Assembly: GCA_947374865.1 (NCBI GenBank)
Contig: CANCDR010000010.1
Coordinates: 20,319 to 84,318, forward strand
Source of the DNA: Oxalobacteraceae bacterium
Lineage (GTDB): Bacteria; Pseudomonadota; Gammaproteobacteria; Burkholderiales; Burkholderiaceae_D
DNA length: 64,000 nucleotides
Direction of reading: 5' to 3'
Part shown: positions 47,535-57,635 of the stretch, piece after piece
Layout of the letters: every line of letters starts with the position of its first letter
How positions within the stretch are numbered: position 1 is the first letter of the stretch
Notes under the pieces: generated by a model
The model's database searches: none
The model's input: the letters and a program-made list of their open reading frames with translations, nothing else
What the model was told of the DNA's origin: nothing
Position numbers and translations under genes: made by a program

Positions 47535-48290
47535 TCAACTCATGTACATTCCGCCGTTGACGTGCAGGGTCGTGCCGGTAATATAGCTCGCCAGAGGGGA
47601 TGCTAAAAAGGCCACCGCATGGGCAATATCCTGCGGCTGACCGAAGCGTCCGAGCGGAATTTGCTGCTGCAAGGCGCCGATTTGTTCGGCGTTGAGGGCC
47701 TTGGTCATGTCGGTATCGATGAAGCCCGGGGCGATGCAATTGACGGTGATATTCCGGCTACCGATCTCGCGCGCGAGGGCCCGGCTCATGCCCGCGACAC
47801 CGGCTTTGGCGGCAGCATAATTCATTTGACCGGCATTACCGGCCGAGCCGACTACCGAGGTGATGTTGATGATGCGTCCCGTTTTGGCCTTCATCATGCC
47901 GCGCAATACACCGCGTGAGAGGCGCGCGACGGCGCTCAGATTGGTGGCGATGACGGCTTCCCATTCGTCTTCTTTCATGCGCATGGCGAGCTGATCCTGG
48001 GTGATGCCGGCGTTATTGACCAGTATCGACACCGCACCAAAGCTTTGCTGCACTGATTCAATCGCAGCGGCACAGCCGGCCACATCGCACACATCGAGCA
48101 GCAAGCCCTGACCACAGCCTGGCTGCAGCGCATTGAGGTAGTCGGTGATCGCCGCCGCGCCGGCCTCGGTGGTGGCGGTACCGACCACCTTGGCGCCCTG
48201 GCGGGCCAGTTCTTCTGCAATCGCCCGGCCAATGCCGCGTGAGGCGCCGGTAACGAGGGCGATTTGTCCGCTAAGAATGTTGTTTTGCAT
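47535..48290 (-). CDS. fabG: 3-oxoacyl-ACP reductase
   Basis: VTGASRGIGRAIA, NNAGIT, YAAAKAG, and position in the fab cluster. Confidence 0.95.
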   Translation of the reverse strand: MQNNILSGQIALVTGASRGIGRAIAEELARQGAKVVGTATTEAGAAAITDYLNALQPGCGQGLLLDVCDVAGCAAAIESVQQSFGAVSILVNNAGITQDQLAMRMKEDEWEAVIATNLSAVARLSRGVLRGMMKAKTGRIINITSVVGSAGNAGQMNYAAAKAGVAGMSRALAREIGSRNITVNCIAPGFIDTDMTKALNAEQIGALQQQIPLGRFGQPQDIAHAVAFLASPLASYITGTTLHVNGGMYMS

Positions 48291-48310
48291 GGGCTTTTCC
48301 TGTTTAACGC

Positions 48311-49243
48311 TTATTTGACCAAGGCCAATATTTTTTCCAATGATAGCTGGTCAAGCATTGCCTCGCCAGTGAGTTCACTGTTAATTCGTTTCGTTAAGCC
48401 GGCCAGCACCTTGCCCGGACCGCATTCAATGACCTGTGTGACGCCCTGGGCGGCCATGGCTTGCACCACCTCGACCCAGCGCACCGGACGGGCTGCCTGT
48501 CTTACCAGGGCATCCTTGATACGCTCAGGATCGGTTTCTGTGGCGACGTCGACATTGTTGATCAATGTAATATTCGGGGCACTAAAGCTGACGTCCTGTA
48601 AATACGTGCGCAGACGGTCCGAAGCCGGCTGCAGCAGTGAAGAGTGAAATGGCGCTGATACTGGCAGCGTCAGCGCCCGTTTGGCACCGCGCTCTTTGGC
48701 AAGCACACAGGCGCGCTCCACCGCGGCCTTGCTGCCGGCGATGACGACCTGTGCCGGGGCATTAAAATTGACCGCTTCCACCACTTCACCTTGGGCCGCA
48801 TCAGCGCACAGGGCGAGTACTTCTGCATCGGTCAGGCCAAGAATGGCCGCCATTCCGCCCTGCCCGACCGGCACGGCTTCCTGCATGGCCTGGGCGCGAA
48901 ACCGGACCAATGGCAAGGCATCGGCAAAACGGATCACGCCGGCTGCGACCAAGGCGGCGTATTCACCAAGGCTATGGCCGGCCACAATAGCGGGCAGCGG
49001 GCCGCCTGCGGCACACCAGGCGCGGTAAGTAGCAATGCCAGCGGTGAGCATCAGCGGCTGGGTATTAGTGGTCAGGTCGAGGTCTTCTTTGGGCCCCTCG
49101 GCGATCATCTTGCCCAGATCAAAGCCGAGCACGCTGGAGGCTTCTTCCACCGTCTGCTGCACCACAGGATGATCGGCAAAGCCATTGAGCATGCCAATGG
49201 CTTGCGAGCCCTGACCGGGAAATACAAAGGCAAATTTATTCAT
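48311..49243 (-). CDS. fabD: Malonyl-CoA-ACP transacylase
   Basis: FVFPGQGSQ, GHSLGEYAAL, and position in the fab cluster. Confidence 0.95.
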   Translation of the reverse strand: MNKFAFVFPGQGSQAIGMLNGFADHPVVQQTVEEASSVLGFDLGKMIAEGPKEDLDLTTNTQPLMLTAGIATYRAWCAAGGPLPAIVAGHSLGEYAALVAAGVIRFADALPLVRFRAQAMQEAVPVGQGGMAAILGLTDAEVLALCADAAQGEVVEAVNFNAPAQVVIAGSKAAVERACVLAKERGAKRALTLPVSAPFHSSLLQPASDRLRTYLQDVSFSAPNITLINNVDVATETDPERIKDALVRQAARPVRWVEVVQAMAAQGVTQVIECGPGKVLAGLTKRINSELTGEAMLDQLSLEKILALVK

Positions 49244-49331
49244 ACGTTTTTGATCAAGTCAAAATAAAAAAAGTGGCAAAAAAATAAGTCATTTGAATGC
49301 GTCATTTAAATAGCCAAGCTAAATGCGCACG

Positions 49332-50318
49332 TTACAACCGGAACAGAGCGGCACCCCAGGTAAAGCCACCGCCCACGCCTTCAACCAGCACCAGCTGTCC
49401 GGGCTGAATCCGGCCATCGCGTACCGCCACGTCGAGCGCGAGCGGAATCGAGGCGGCGGAGGTATTGCCATGCTGATCAACGGTCACGATCATTTTTTCC
49501 ATCGGCAGTCCGAGCTTTTTGGCGGTTCCCTGCATGATGCGAATATTGGCCTGATGCGGCACTAACCAGTCGACCTGCGCGGCCTGCAGATTGGCCTGTT
49601 CCAGCACTTCATGGGCCACCTTGTCGAGCACCGAAACAGCCAGCTTGAACACCGCCGAACCATCCATGGTCAAGAAGGCGCCACCGGCGATGGCCCCCTC
49701 AGCGACATTACCGGGGACGCAAAGAATGCCGGCGTATTTGCCATCAGCATGCAGTTTGGTGGCGAGTACACCGGGCGTATTGGCCGCGCTCATGACCACC
49801 GCGCCGGCGCCATCGCCGAACAAGACGCAGGTCGTGCGGTCGGTAAAATCGATAATGCGGGAAAAAACTTCTGCACCAACGATCAGGACATTTTTGTGCG
49901 CGCCCGTCTTGATAAAACTGTCAGCGATCGACATCGCGTACACAAAGCCGCTGCAGACCGCATTCACATCCATCGCCGCGGCACCATTGGTGATGCCGAG
50001 TTTGGCCTGCAAAATACATGCCGTACTGGGAAAGCCACCCAGATGATCAGGGGTGGACGTAGCGAGAATGATGAGGTCGATGTCGTTGGCTTGCATGCCG
50101 GCCATCTCAAGCGCCTTGAGCGAGGCCTGGTAAGCCAGTTCGCTCGACGGCACGCCAGGCTCAACGTAATGGCGGGCAGATATGCCGCTACGGGAAAGAA
50201 TCCATTCGTCCGAGGTTTCGATGCCGGCCAATGCCAGCTGCTGCGCTAGATCTTCATTGGTGACGCGCTTGGGCGGAAGATAGCTGCCGGTTCCGACAAT
50301 TTTACTAAAGAGTGTCAT
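49332..50318 (-). CDS. fabH: 3-oxoacyl-ACP synthase III
   Basis: Active-site contexts [27 protein letters not shown]. Confidence 0.95.
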   Translation of the reverse strand: MTLFSKIVGTGSYLPPKRVTNEDLAQQLALAGIETSDEWILSRSGISARHYVEPGVPSSELAYQASLKALEMAGMQANDIDLIILATSTPDHLGGFPSTACILQAKLGITNGAAAMDVNAVCSGFVYAMSIADSFIKTGAHKNVLIVGAEVFSRIIDFTDRTTCVLFGDGAGAVVMSAANTPGVLATKLHADGKYAGILCVPGNVAEGAIAGGAFLTMDGSAVFKLAVSVLDKVAHEVLEQANLQAAQVDWLVPHQANIRIMQGTAKKLGLPMEKMIVTVDQHGNTSAASIPLALDVAVRDGRIQPGQLVLVEGVGGGFTWGAALFRL

Positions 50319-51451
50319 GCTATGTGTTGTCCTGATTGATCGGTCGACGGTGTTGATGAGGCACGGGCTGATGCGCTGGCCGATGTGTCGTCCTGCTGGG
50401 CCCGGGGCAGCGTCTGCAAGGCGGCAAATTTGGCACTGATCGTTTCTAATACGTCACTGTTGGCAGCATCGAAGGCGCGCCGGATAGCCCACGTAAAACC
50501 ATCGATATCGGCGCCACCGTGGCTTTTGAAAACCAGTCCACGCAGTCCGAGCAAACTGGCGCCGTTGTAGCGCGAAGGATTCATGCGATTGGAAAAAGAC
50601 TTGAGTGCGCGGTAACTGAGTAAGGCGCCCAGCATACTGAACGGGCTGCGCTTGAATTCGCTCGTGAGGGATTGCTTGACGAAGCGGCCCAGGCCTTCCG
50701 ATGCCTTGAGCACGATGTTACCGACAAACCCATCGCAGACCACGATGTCGGTCGTGCCGGCAAAAATATCATGGCCTTCGACATTGCCATAAAAATTGAG
50801 TAATCCCTGCGCATGATCGGCGCGCAATAACTCGGCGGTCCGTTTGACGAGGTCGTTACCCTTGATGTCTTCTTCGCCGACATTGAGCAGGCCGACTGTG
50901 GGCCGTGGATTACCATCGGTCGAGGACACCAGCGCCGAACCCATGAGGGCAAACTGACGCAGATGGTCCGGCTCGCAATCCACATTGGCGCCCAGGTCGA
51001 GCATATAGGTCGGTTTATCTTTTTGATTCGGTAGCGGGAAACAGATCGCGGGCCGGTCCACGCCGGGGATCGTTTTGAGAACGTAGCGCGAGATCGCCAT
51101 CAGGGCGCCGGTATTGCCGGCCGAGACGCAGGCCTTGACGTCACCCTCTTTGAGCAGATTGAGCGCGACGCGCATGGATGAATCTTTTTTACGCCGCAAG
51201 GCGATCTCGAGCGGATCGTCCATGGTTACCACTTCGCTCGCAGGGCAAATGCGCAGGCGCGGGTGCTGTTCGGCGTGATGTTTTTTCAGCTCCGCGCGCA
51301 GAATTTCTTCCATGCCGACCAACACCAGTTCTGCTGTCGGCGCATGCTTAAGAAAGGCGAGTGCTGCAGGAATTGTGACTGCGGGGCCGTGATCCCCACC
51401 CATACAGTCAATGGATAATTTAGTGGTCATGTAGGTTGATTCATTGCCCAT
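50315..51451 (-). CDS. plsX: Phosphate acyltransferase PlsX
   Basis: [25 protein letters not shown]. The start may be the Met at 51430. It has a Ser/Ala-rich C-terminal tail. Confidence 0.93.
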   Translation of the reverse strand: MGNESTYMTTKLSIDCMGGDHGPAVTIPAALAFLKHAPTAELVLVGMEEILRAELKKHHAEQHPRLRICPASEVVTMDDPLEIALRRKKDSSMRVALNLLKEGDVKACVSAGNTGALMAISRYVLKTIPGVDRPAICFPLPNQKDKPTYMLDLGANVDCEPDHLRQFALMGSALVSSTDGNPRPTVGLLNVGEEDIKGNDLVKRTAELLRADHAQGLLNFYGNVEGHDIFAGTTDIVVCDGFVGNIVLKASEGLGRFVKQSLTSEFKRSPFSMLGALLSYRALKSFSNRMNPSRYNGASLLGLRGLVFKSHGGADIDGFTWAIRRAFDAANSDVLETISAKFAALQTLPRAQQDDTSASASARASSTPSTDQSGQHIA

Positions 51452-51597
51452 GCCGGCCGGATAAGCGGCCAGTGAAGGCTTGATTCACGATGACTAAATA
51501 CACTCTCAGCCATGTGAAAAAAGCGGCGTCAGGTCAGAAACTCTGTGCACCGCTTTCTTGGGCTTATCAATGCGTTTGATAGGACGCAACGAGAAAA

Positions 51598-51780
51598 TTA
51601 TTCGTCGTTTTTCGTCTTGAGCACTTTACGACCACGGTAGTAGCCGTTCGGGCTGATGTGGTGACGCATGTGCGTCTCACCTGTCGTTGGCTCGGTACCC
51701 AATTGTGGGGCGACCAGAAAATCGTGTGAACGGTGCATGCCGCGCTTTGATGGGGACTTCTTGTTCTGTTGGACTGCCAT
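51598..51780 (-). CDS. rpmF: 50S ribosomal protein L32
   Basis: [20 protein letters not shown].... Confidence 0.97.
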   Translation of the reverse strand: MAVQQNKKSPSKRGMHRSHDFLVAPQLGTEPTTGETHMRHHISPNGYYRGRKVLKTKNDE

Positions 51781-51874
51781 GATGACTCCTGAATTTCTGA
51801 AAACGATAATTTTAACATATCCGTTTTAACAAACCTGTCAAAACGGGAACTGCAACACTAAACTGCACCACACA

Positions 51875-52387
51875 TTACATACTTTTTAAATTCTTGAGTG
51901 CCGCAAACGGGGAAGGCTTGGCCGTCGCCTTGAGGCGCTCCAGATCTTCCGGGTCCGGACAAACATCGTGCTTGGGCGCCAGAGGCAATGCCAGCAAGGC
52001 TTCGTCCTCGATCAACTCCAGCACATCCATTACCGCTGAACCGAGGATCACGTCGACACCTTCGTCTTCGAGAATCGCATCGATGCCTTCGATCTCGACT
52101 TCTGCCTTGGCGAGAATCAGCGAAGACGTCGAATCAATCTCAAACGCAAAGGCAGTCAGGCAGCGCTGGCACATTAACTGCACCTTGCCCTTGACCTGCA
52201 AATCGAGCCGCGCATGACCGAGTTGATCCGTGCCGCCCTGTAAAACCCAATGCAACTCACCGGAACCATCTGCGGTATCTTCTTCCAGGCGGGGTAAATC
52301 GGCCACGGCTATCACGCCCTCCCGGTGCTCACCAAGACGGCAAAACGCAAAGCTGTCGATGACCAAAGGATTCATGGATAAAGCCAA
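51875..52387 (-). CDS. yceD: YceD/DUF177 family protein
   Basis: It has CQRCL...C..D cysteine pairs and sits immediately upstream of rpmF. The start is uncertain (Met at 52387 or 52375). Confidence 0.85.
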   Translation of the reverse strand: MALSMNPLVIDSFAFCRLGEHREGVIAVADLPRLEEDTADGSGELHWVLQGGTDQLGHARLDLQVKGKVQLMCQRCLTAFAFEIDSTSSLILAKAEVEIEGIDAILEDEGVDVILGSAVMDVLELIEDEALLALPLAPKHDVCPDPEDLERLKATAKPSPFAALKNLKSM

Positions 52388-52480
52388 ACCTGGAAAGCCT
52401 GCGATAATAGCTGTCTTTTCCGTTCGCTGTCAAAGACTTACAGCGGTTTTAATGCCTAAATACTCAATTAACCGTAAAAA

Positions 52481-53101
52481 ATGACTTTCCCTGCCAATTT
52501 ACCGCGTCTGATCCTGGGCTCGAGCTCGCCTTATCGTAAAGAATTGCTATCCCGCCTGGCCCTGCCTTTTGAGGTGATCGTGCCAGCCATCGACGAAGCG
52601 CCGTGGGCAAATGAACTGCCGGAACAGACCGCGCTGCGTCTGGCGCGCGAAAAAGCACAGGCCGTGGCCAACATAGCACCTGACGCACTCATCATCGGCT
52701 CCGACCAGGTCGCCACGCTTGACGGTGAACAGATCGGCAAGCCGGGCAGCCATGCCAAAGCGCTCGAACAGCTGCAGCGCATGCGCGGCCGGCAGGTGAT
52801 CTTTCATAGCGCGCTGTGTTTATTTGATGGAAGGCAGAGCCAGCCCGAGCTGCGCATTCAACTGCAAAACATCCAGACCTTTGTGCGCTTTCGCGATTTG
52901 CCGGATGCCGAGCTGGACGCCTATCTGCGCATCGAACAGCCCTACGACGTCGCCGGCAGCGCCAAAAATGAAGGACTGGGGATCGCGATTCTGGAAAATA
53001 TTGACAGCAGCGATCCGACTGCCTTAACGGGTCTGCCCTTAATCAGCTTATGCAGCATGCTGCGGCAGGTGGGCTATCCCTTTTTCAGCGGGGCAGTATG
53101 A
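52481..53101 (+). CDS. maf: Maf-like nucleoside triphosphate pyrophosphatase (YceF type)
   Basis: LILGSSSPYRKELL, GSDQV, AGSAKNEGLGI. Confidence 0.9.
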   Translation: MTFPANLPRLILGSSSPYRKELLSRLALPFEVIVPAIDEAPWANELPEQTALRLAREKAQAVANIAPDALIIGSDQVATLDGEQIGKPGSHAKALEQLQRMRGRQVIFHSALCLFDGRQSQPELRIQLQNIQTFVRFRDLPDAELDAYLRIEQPYDVAGSAKNEGLGIAILENIDSSDPTALTGLPLISLCSMLRQVGYPFFSGAV

Positions 53102-53847
53102 GCGGCATTCTTTACCTGATCCCTAATACGCTCGGCACGGCTGATGGTGCGACCGATCCTCTGCTGTCGATTATTCCCGAACAAGTTCAGGCCATCACTG
53201 CACAGCTGGATTACTTTGTCGCTGAAAACGCCAAGACCACGCGCGCCTTTCTCAAGCTGATCGCGGCCAAGCGGCCATTAAAAACCACGCTGCAGGAAAT
53301 TCAGATCGACGAACTGAACGTCAATACCCCTGCCAGCGCGCTCACGGCATTGCTGGCGCCGCTACTGGCCGGTCGTGATGCCGGTCTGATTTCTGAAGCG
53401 GGCGTGCCGGCTGTGGCGGATCCGGGGGCTAATCTGGTCCGGCTGGCGCATGCCCATGGGGTGCGCGTCAGACCGCTGGTCGGGCCGTCTTCTTTGCTGC
53501 TGGCGGTGATGGCCAGTGGCCTGAATGGCCAAAGCTTTGCCTTTAACGGTTACCTGCCCACCGATGCCGCCCTGCGCTTAAAACGGATCAAAGAGCTTGA
53601 GCAGCGTTCGCGCAGCGAAAGCCAGACCCAGCTATTTATTGAGACGCCCTACCGCAATGGCGCTCTGCTCGACGCACTGATCAATGGCTGCCAGCCGGGG
53701 ACGCTGATTTGCTGCGCCACGGATTTGACGCTGCCGTCGGAGTCGATTCGGACCCTCACTGCATCGCAGTGGAAGGCTGAACTCGCGGCCGGCAAAACAC
53801 CGGACTTTCATAAAAAGCCGACGGTGTTTTTATTGCTGGGGCATTAG
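53098..53847 (+). CDS. SAM-dependent methyltransferase, tetrapyrrole-methylase (TP_methylase) superfamily
   Basis: The ATG at 53098 overlaps the maf stop (ATGA). GILYLIPNTLG..., SEAGVPAVADPG, ETPYRN. Confidence 0.7.
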   Translation: MSGILYLIPNTLGTADGATDPLLSIIPEQVQAITAQLDYFVAENAKTTRAFLKLIAAKRPLKTTLQEIQIDELNVNTPASALTALLAPLLAGRDAGLISEAGVPAVADPGANLVRLAHAHGVRVRPLVGPSSLLLAVMASGLNGQSFAFNGYLPTDAALRLKRIKELEQRSRSESQTQLFIETPYRNGALLDALINGCQPGTLICCATDLTLPSESIRTLTASQWKAELAAGKTPDFHKKPTVFLLLGH

Positions 53848-53862
53848 TTTAGCTACCAATAC

Positions 53863-54906
53863 TTAATGCAGTGTCAACCGCGCATCACTCGACAAGGATT
53901 TGATCGCCCCCGCACCCATGGCGGCGCCGAATTTTTTCAATACGCGTTCGGACAAACCTTCGTGGGTCGTATAGTCGACGATGTCTTCGGCTTTGAACAC
54001 ATCGCGCGCGACGCTGTCGACGTTGCCAAAACCATCGGCTAAACCGAGTTCAACCGCTTTGGCACCGGTCCAGAACAAGCCGGAAAACATCTCGGGCGTT
54101 TCTTTCAGCCGCTTACCGCGACCGCTGCGCACAACGTGAATAAATTGCTGGTGAATTTCGTTGAGCATCGATTGGGTAAATTCCTTTTGTTTCGCCGTCT
54201 GCGGGCTGAAGGGATCCATGAATCCCTTGTTTTCGCCCGCCGTGAGCAAACGCCGTTCGACGCCGAGTTTATCCATCAGGCCGGTAAAACCAAAGCCATC
54301 CATGAGGACGCCAATCGAGCCAATGATACTGGCCTTGTTGACGTAAATGCGCTCGGCACTGGCGGCAATATAGTAGCCGCCAGATGCGCAGATTTCATCG
54401 ACGACGACATACAAGGGCTTATTGGGATTAGCTGCTCGTAGACGCATGATTTCGTCATTGATCATGCCAGCCTGGACCGGACTGCCGCCGGGGCTGTTGA
54501 TGTGCAGGATAATGCCGACCGAGGCGGTATCGGCAAACGCCCGACCCAGCGCCGGGATCACGGCTTGCGCCGAACCAGGTCCGCCGCTGTCGATGGCACC
54601 TTCAATTTCGATCAGTGCGGTATGGGGCGTGAGGGTTTCGACTTCCTTATTACCAAGATCAAGCAGATTCCACATGCCGACGCACACCACGACCAGCGTT
54701 GCCAGTTTAAAAAAGATGCCCCAGCGACGGCGTGCGCGCTGTTCCGCCAGCGTGGCGAAGGCGAGGTTTTCCAGTACTTCGCGCTCCCATCCCTGGGCAT
54801 TTTTGGCCGGCGCCTTGCTCGCTGTTGACCCGGGGGCAGATTTTGCTGCAGGTTCGGCGGCAGGTTCGGCGGAATTTTGGGGTGTTTCGAATTGGTCGTT
54901 GCTCAT
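53863..54906 (-). CDS. sppA: Signal peptide peptidase SppA (S49, 36K type)
   Basis: It has an N-terminal TM segment and the blocks INSPGGSPVQ, CASGGYYIA and GSIGV. Confidence 0.88.
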   Translation of the reverse strand: MSNDQFETPQNSAEPAAEPAAKSAPGSTASKAPAKNAQGWEREVLENLAFATLAEQRARRRWGIFFKLATLVVVCVGMWNLLDLGNKEVETLTPHTALIEIEGAIDSGGPGSAQAVIPALGRAFADTASVGIILHINSPGGSPVQAGMINDEIMRLRAANPNKPLYVVVDEICASGGYYIAASAERIYVNKASIIGSIGVLMDGFGFTGLMDKLGVERRLLTAGENKGFMDPFSPQTAKQKEFTQSMLNEIHQQFIHVVRSGRGKRLKETPEMFSGLFWTGAKAVELGLADGFGNVDSVARDVFKAEDIVDYTTHEGLSERVLKKFGAAMGAGAIKSLSSDARLTLH

Positions 54907-54923
54907 ATTGGCTAGTCAGTTTG

Positions 54924-55325
54924 TTAAGCGTCTATTTTAGGGGATTCTTGTACTGCTTGTCCGACCTGCGTGTCGGGTTGCCAAAATAAAGTCTGCTCTT
55001 GCTCGTAGACCTTAATTGGCTGCAGGCGTTTGCCGCGACATGGCCCACCCAGACAATGTCCGGACTCCGGATCATACACAGCGCCGTGGGTGGAACACAT
55101 CAGATACAGGCCGCTGGAATCAAAGAACTCGCCGGCATTCCAATCCAGCTCGATCGGCACATGCGCACAGCGGTTCACATATGCTTTTGCCACACCATTA
55201 AATCGCACCACAAATCCGGTCGTTTGGTGGCCATCTGCCGTAATGGGGAAACGCACCCCCAAGCCACCTTCGAGCACATCGGCCGCAGGGCAAATTGGGA
55301 CAGCTTGCTGCGTCGCTTCAGGCAT
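54924..55325 (-). CDS. Rieske (2Fe-2S) domain protein
   Basis: CAHVPIEL and CSTHGAVYD ligand boxes. The preferred start is the Met at 55325 (MPEATQQ), which overlaps the upstream gene end by 8 nt. Confidence 0.8.
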   Translation of the reverse strand: MPEATQQAVPICPAADVLEGGLGVRFPITADGHQTTGFVVRFNGVAKAYVNRCAHVPIELDWNAGEFFDSSGLYLMCSTHGAVYDPESGHCLGGPCRGKRLQPIKVYEQEQTLFWQPDTQVGQAVQESPKIDA

Positions 55326-55977
55326 GGGTATTGAGCCAGGCGTGCAAGTCGGCGACATTGGCCGCGACGTGTATTGGCTGCAAGGCGCGCAGGGCAGCTT
55401 CCGGATGTGCGCCATAAGTCACGGCAATACTGGCCGCGCCGGCGTTGATCGCCATCTGCAGATCATGCGTGGTGTCGCCGACCATCAGGGTGCGCTGCAG
55501 GGGCTGGCCGAGTTCGCGTCCGAGCTCTTGCAACATCGCTGGATGGGGTTTGGAAAAGGTCTCGTCGGCACAGCGACTGGCGTCAAATAGCGATAACAAA
55601 CCCGTTTGATTCAGTGCGCGATTGAGCCCTACCCGTCCCATGCCGGTAGCGACCGCCAGAAAATAGCCTTGCTGTGACAGGTCGAGCAACATCTCCCGCA
55701 CGCCTTCAAAGAGCGACGATTCCTGATCCTGCGCCAGCATGTGGTAATGATAACGATCCGTCAGTTTGGCATGATGCTCGGGCAAGACGTCCGGCAGAAT
55801 CGTTTGGATAGCACGCCGCAAATCGAGCCCGATCACCGACAGTGCGGCCCGCTGGGGCGGCACGGCCAGACCAAGATCACGCGCGGCAGCTTGAATGCAT
55901 TTGCCGATCACGGCGGTGCTATCCATTAAGGTCCCGTCCCAATCGAAGACGATCAGGTCAAACAAGGCTTTGTTCAT
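55318..55977 (-). CDS. HAD-family hydrolase (phosphoglycolate phosphatase-like)
   Basis: The Met at 55977 gives MNKALFDLIVFDWDGTLMDS (DxDGT motif), with a later VGDTTHD. Confidence 0.85.
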   Translation of the reverse strand: MNKALFDLIVFDWDGTLMDSTAVIGKCIQAAARDLGLAVPPQRAALSVIGLDLRRAIQTILPDVLPEHHAKLTDRYHYHMLAQDQESSLFEGVREMLLDLSQQGYFLAVATGMGRVGLNRALNQTGLLSLFDASRCADETFSKPHPAMLQELGRELGQPLQRTLMVGDTTHDLQMAINAGAASIAVTYGAHPEAALRALQPIHVAANVADLHAWLNTHA

Positions 55978-56070
55978 GGCATTCTGCTCGTCAAAGCAGC
56001 GTTTCTCTTCAGTTAAAGGGAGCACAGGGCAAATTTGTCGTGCTGTGTGCACCTGCTCTATATATGGTGG

Positions 56071-57057
56071 CTATTCTAGCGTGCCTAAAAATCGCTCGCA
56101 TTCGGGTGGCAAAGCGGCTTTTAAGGTGAGCGGTTTGCCGCTCTCCGGATGAATAAAGGTAATCTGCCAGGCATGCAAAAACATCCGTTTAAGCGCGCCG
56201 CGCGTTGCATCTGCCTTAAGTAAGGCCCGGTTCAGCGCAAAGTCGCCATATTTGTCATCGCCAGCAATGGCAAAGCCGCTGGCCGATAAATGCACCCGTA
56301 TTTGATGCGTCCTGCCGGTCTTGAGTTCAGCTTCCAGCAAGGCGTAATCCGGATATTTTTTGAGCAGATTAAAAACGGTATGCGATGCCTGACCGCCCTC
56401 GGCTTGTACGCGGACCCGACGTTCGCCATCGGCGGTCGTATATTTATAGAGCGGTAACTTAATATGCTGCTTCTGGTTTTTCCAGTCGCCGTGGACCAGT
56501 ACCTTGTAGCGCTTGTCAATTTCACCAGACCTGATCTGTTCATGTAAGTTGGTTAAGGCGGATCGCTTTTTTGCCAGCACCAGGATACCGGAAGTTTCGC
56601 GGTCGAGCCGGTGCACTAGTTCGAGAAACTTGGCGTCTGGACGCGAAGCGCGCAGCTGTTCGATCACCCCATACGAAATACCGGAGCCGCCATGGACAGC
56701 CACGCCCGCAGGTTTATCGATCACCAGCAGATGCGCGTCTTCCAGCAAAATCGTGAATTCTGCGCCGGGTGCTGTGGGCGTTGTCTTTTCGGCCACGCGA
56801 ATCGGCGGTATGCGCACCACGTCGCCATCTTTTAAACGATAAGTCTGATCGATGCGGCCTTTGTTGACGCGCACTTCGCCGGATCGCAAGACGCGATAAA
56901 GATGACTTTTTGGCACGCCCTTACAGATTCGCAGTAAAAAATTATCGATGCGCTGACCCGCGGTCTCCTCTGAAATCGTGATCAGTTGAACCTGGGGCGG
57001 CGGTGTACTCGGGCTGAATTCAGCCTTTCCACCAGAAAAGCGTTCTAAGTCCTTCAT
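56071..57057 (-). CDS. rluC: 23S rRNA pseudouridine synthase RluC
   Basis: S4 domain (RIDNFLL...S.LYRVLRSGEVRVN), catalytic HRLDRETSG, and divergent pairing with rne as in E. coli. The start was chosen at the Met at 57057. Confidence 0.88.
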   Translation of the reverse strand: MKDLERFSGGKAEFSPSTPPPQVQLITISEETAGQRIDNFLLRICKGVPKSHLYRVLRSGEVRVNKGRIDQTYRLKDGDVVRIPPIRVAEKTTPTAPGAEFTILLEDAHLLVIDKPAGVAVHGGSGISYGVIEQLRASRPDAKFLELVHRLDRETSGILVLAKKRSALTNLHEQIRSGEIDKRYKVLVHGDWKNQKQHIKLPLYKYTTADGERRVRVQAEGGQASHTVFNLLKKYPDYALLEAELKTGRTHQIRVHLSASGFAIAGDDKYGDFALNRALLKADATRGALKRMFLHAWQITFIHPESGKPLTLKAALPPECERFLGTLE

Positions 57058-57635
57058 TTGAATATATAATTGTTCTGCCGTAGTCTTGAGACTGCGGCTA
57101 GTGTATGAATAAGAACGCATTCTACACAGGGGCGTCTCCATCGGCCTCGCCAATTTTGCAAATTCGATGGAAAAGATGTGTACGCATCATCCTTTCGCGA
57201 GTCAGGGTTGCACCGCTGTTGTAATCGGATAGCGCGCAGGGATGACGGACAAGATCGTCTGGAATGTTAGAATAAATCTGGCAAGCTCGCCGCAAGAACC
57301 TCACCGTTCTTTAGTCGGAAGCTCGCTGGTGTTGATGTTGAACCCGAATGCCGTCTTGCCGGATGTCCCGTTTTGTCCGGCTCGAATGAAGAGGTCTGAA
57401 GTGCCTGTCGCCTTCGCGCTTTGTAATAAAGTCGCAGTGACGCGCACCACCGGTATCCCCTCCATGCGGCTACACGCTCGATATCACGTGCGCCCCGTTG
57501 CAGCTTTGCCGCTTTTTGCGGTCGATACTGCACATCAAGGCAATTCCTTCTCCGACCTCTTCGTTCTCGCGTGCATCCTGGTACTTTACTGTTAAGACGG
57601 TAATAAATGACCTACGGGTCGCGGAGCACAAAAAA
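57058..57635 (+). promoter_or_regulatory. Long rluC-rne intergenic region containing the rne promoter and 5' leader
   Basis: 578 nt with no credible ORF. In E. coli the long rne leader mediates autoregulation. The structure here was not resolved by eye. Confidence 0.4.

Noticed and set aside
57242-57595. A 117-aa + ORF and the N-terminal 46 residues of the 1050-aa ORF upstream of rne.
   Set aside because: They lie in the long rne leader. The canonical RNase E N-terminus MKRMLFNAT starts at 57636.
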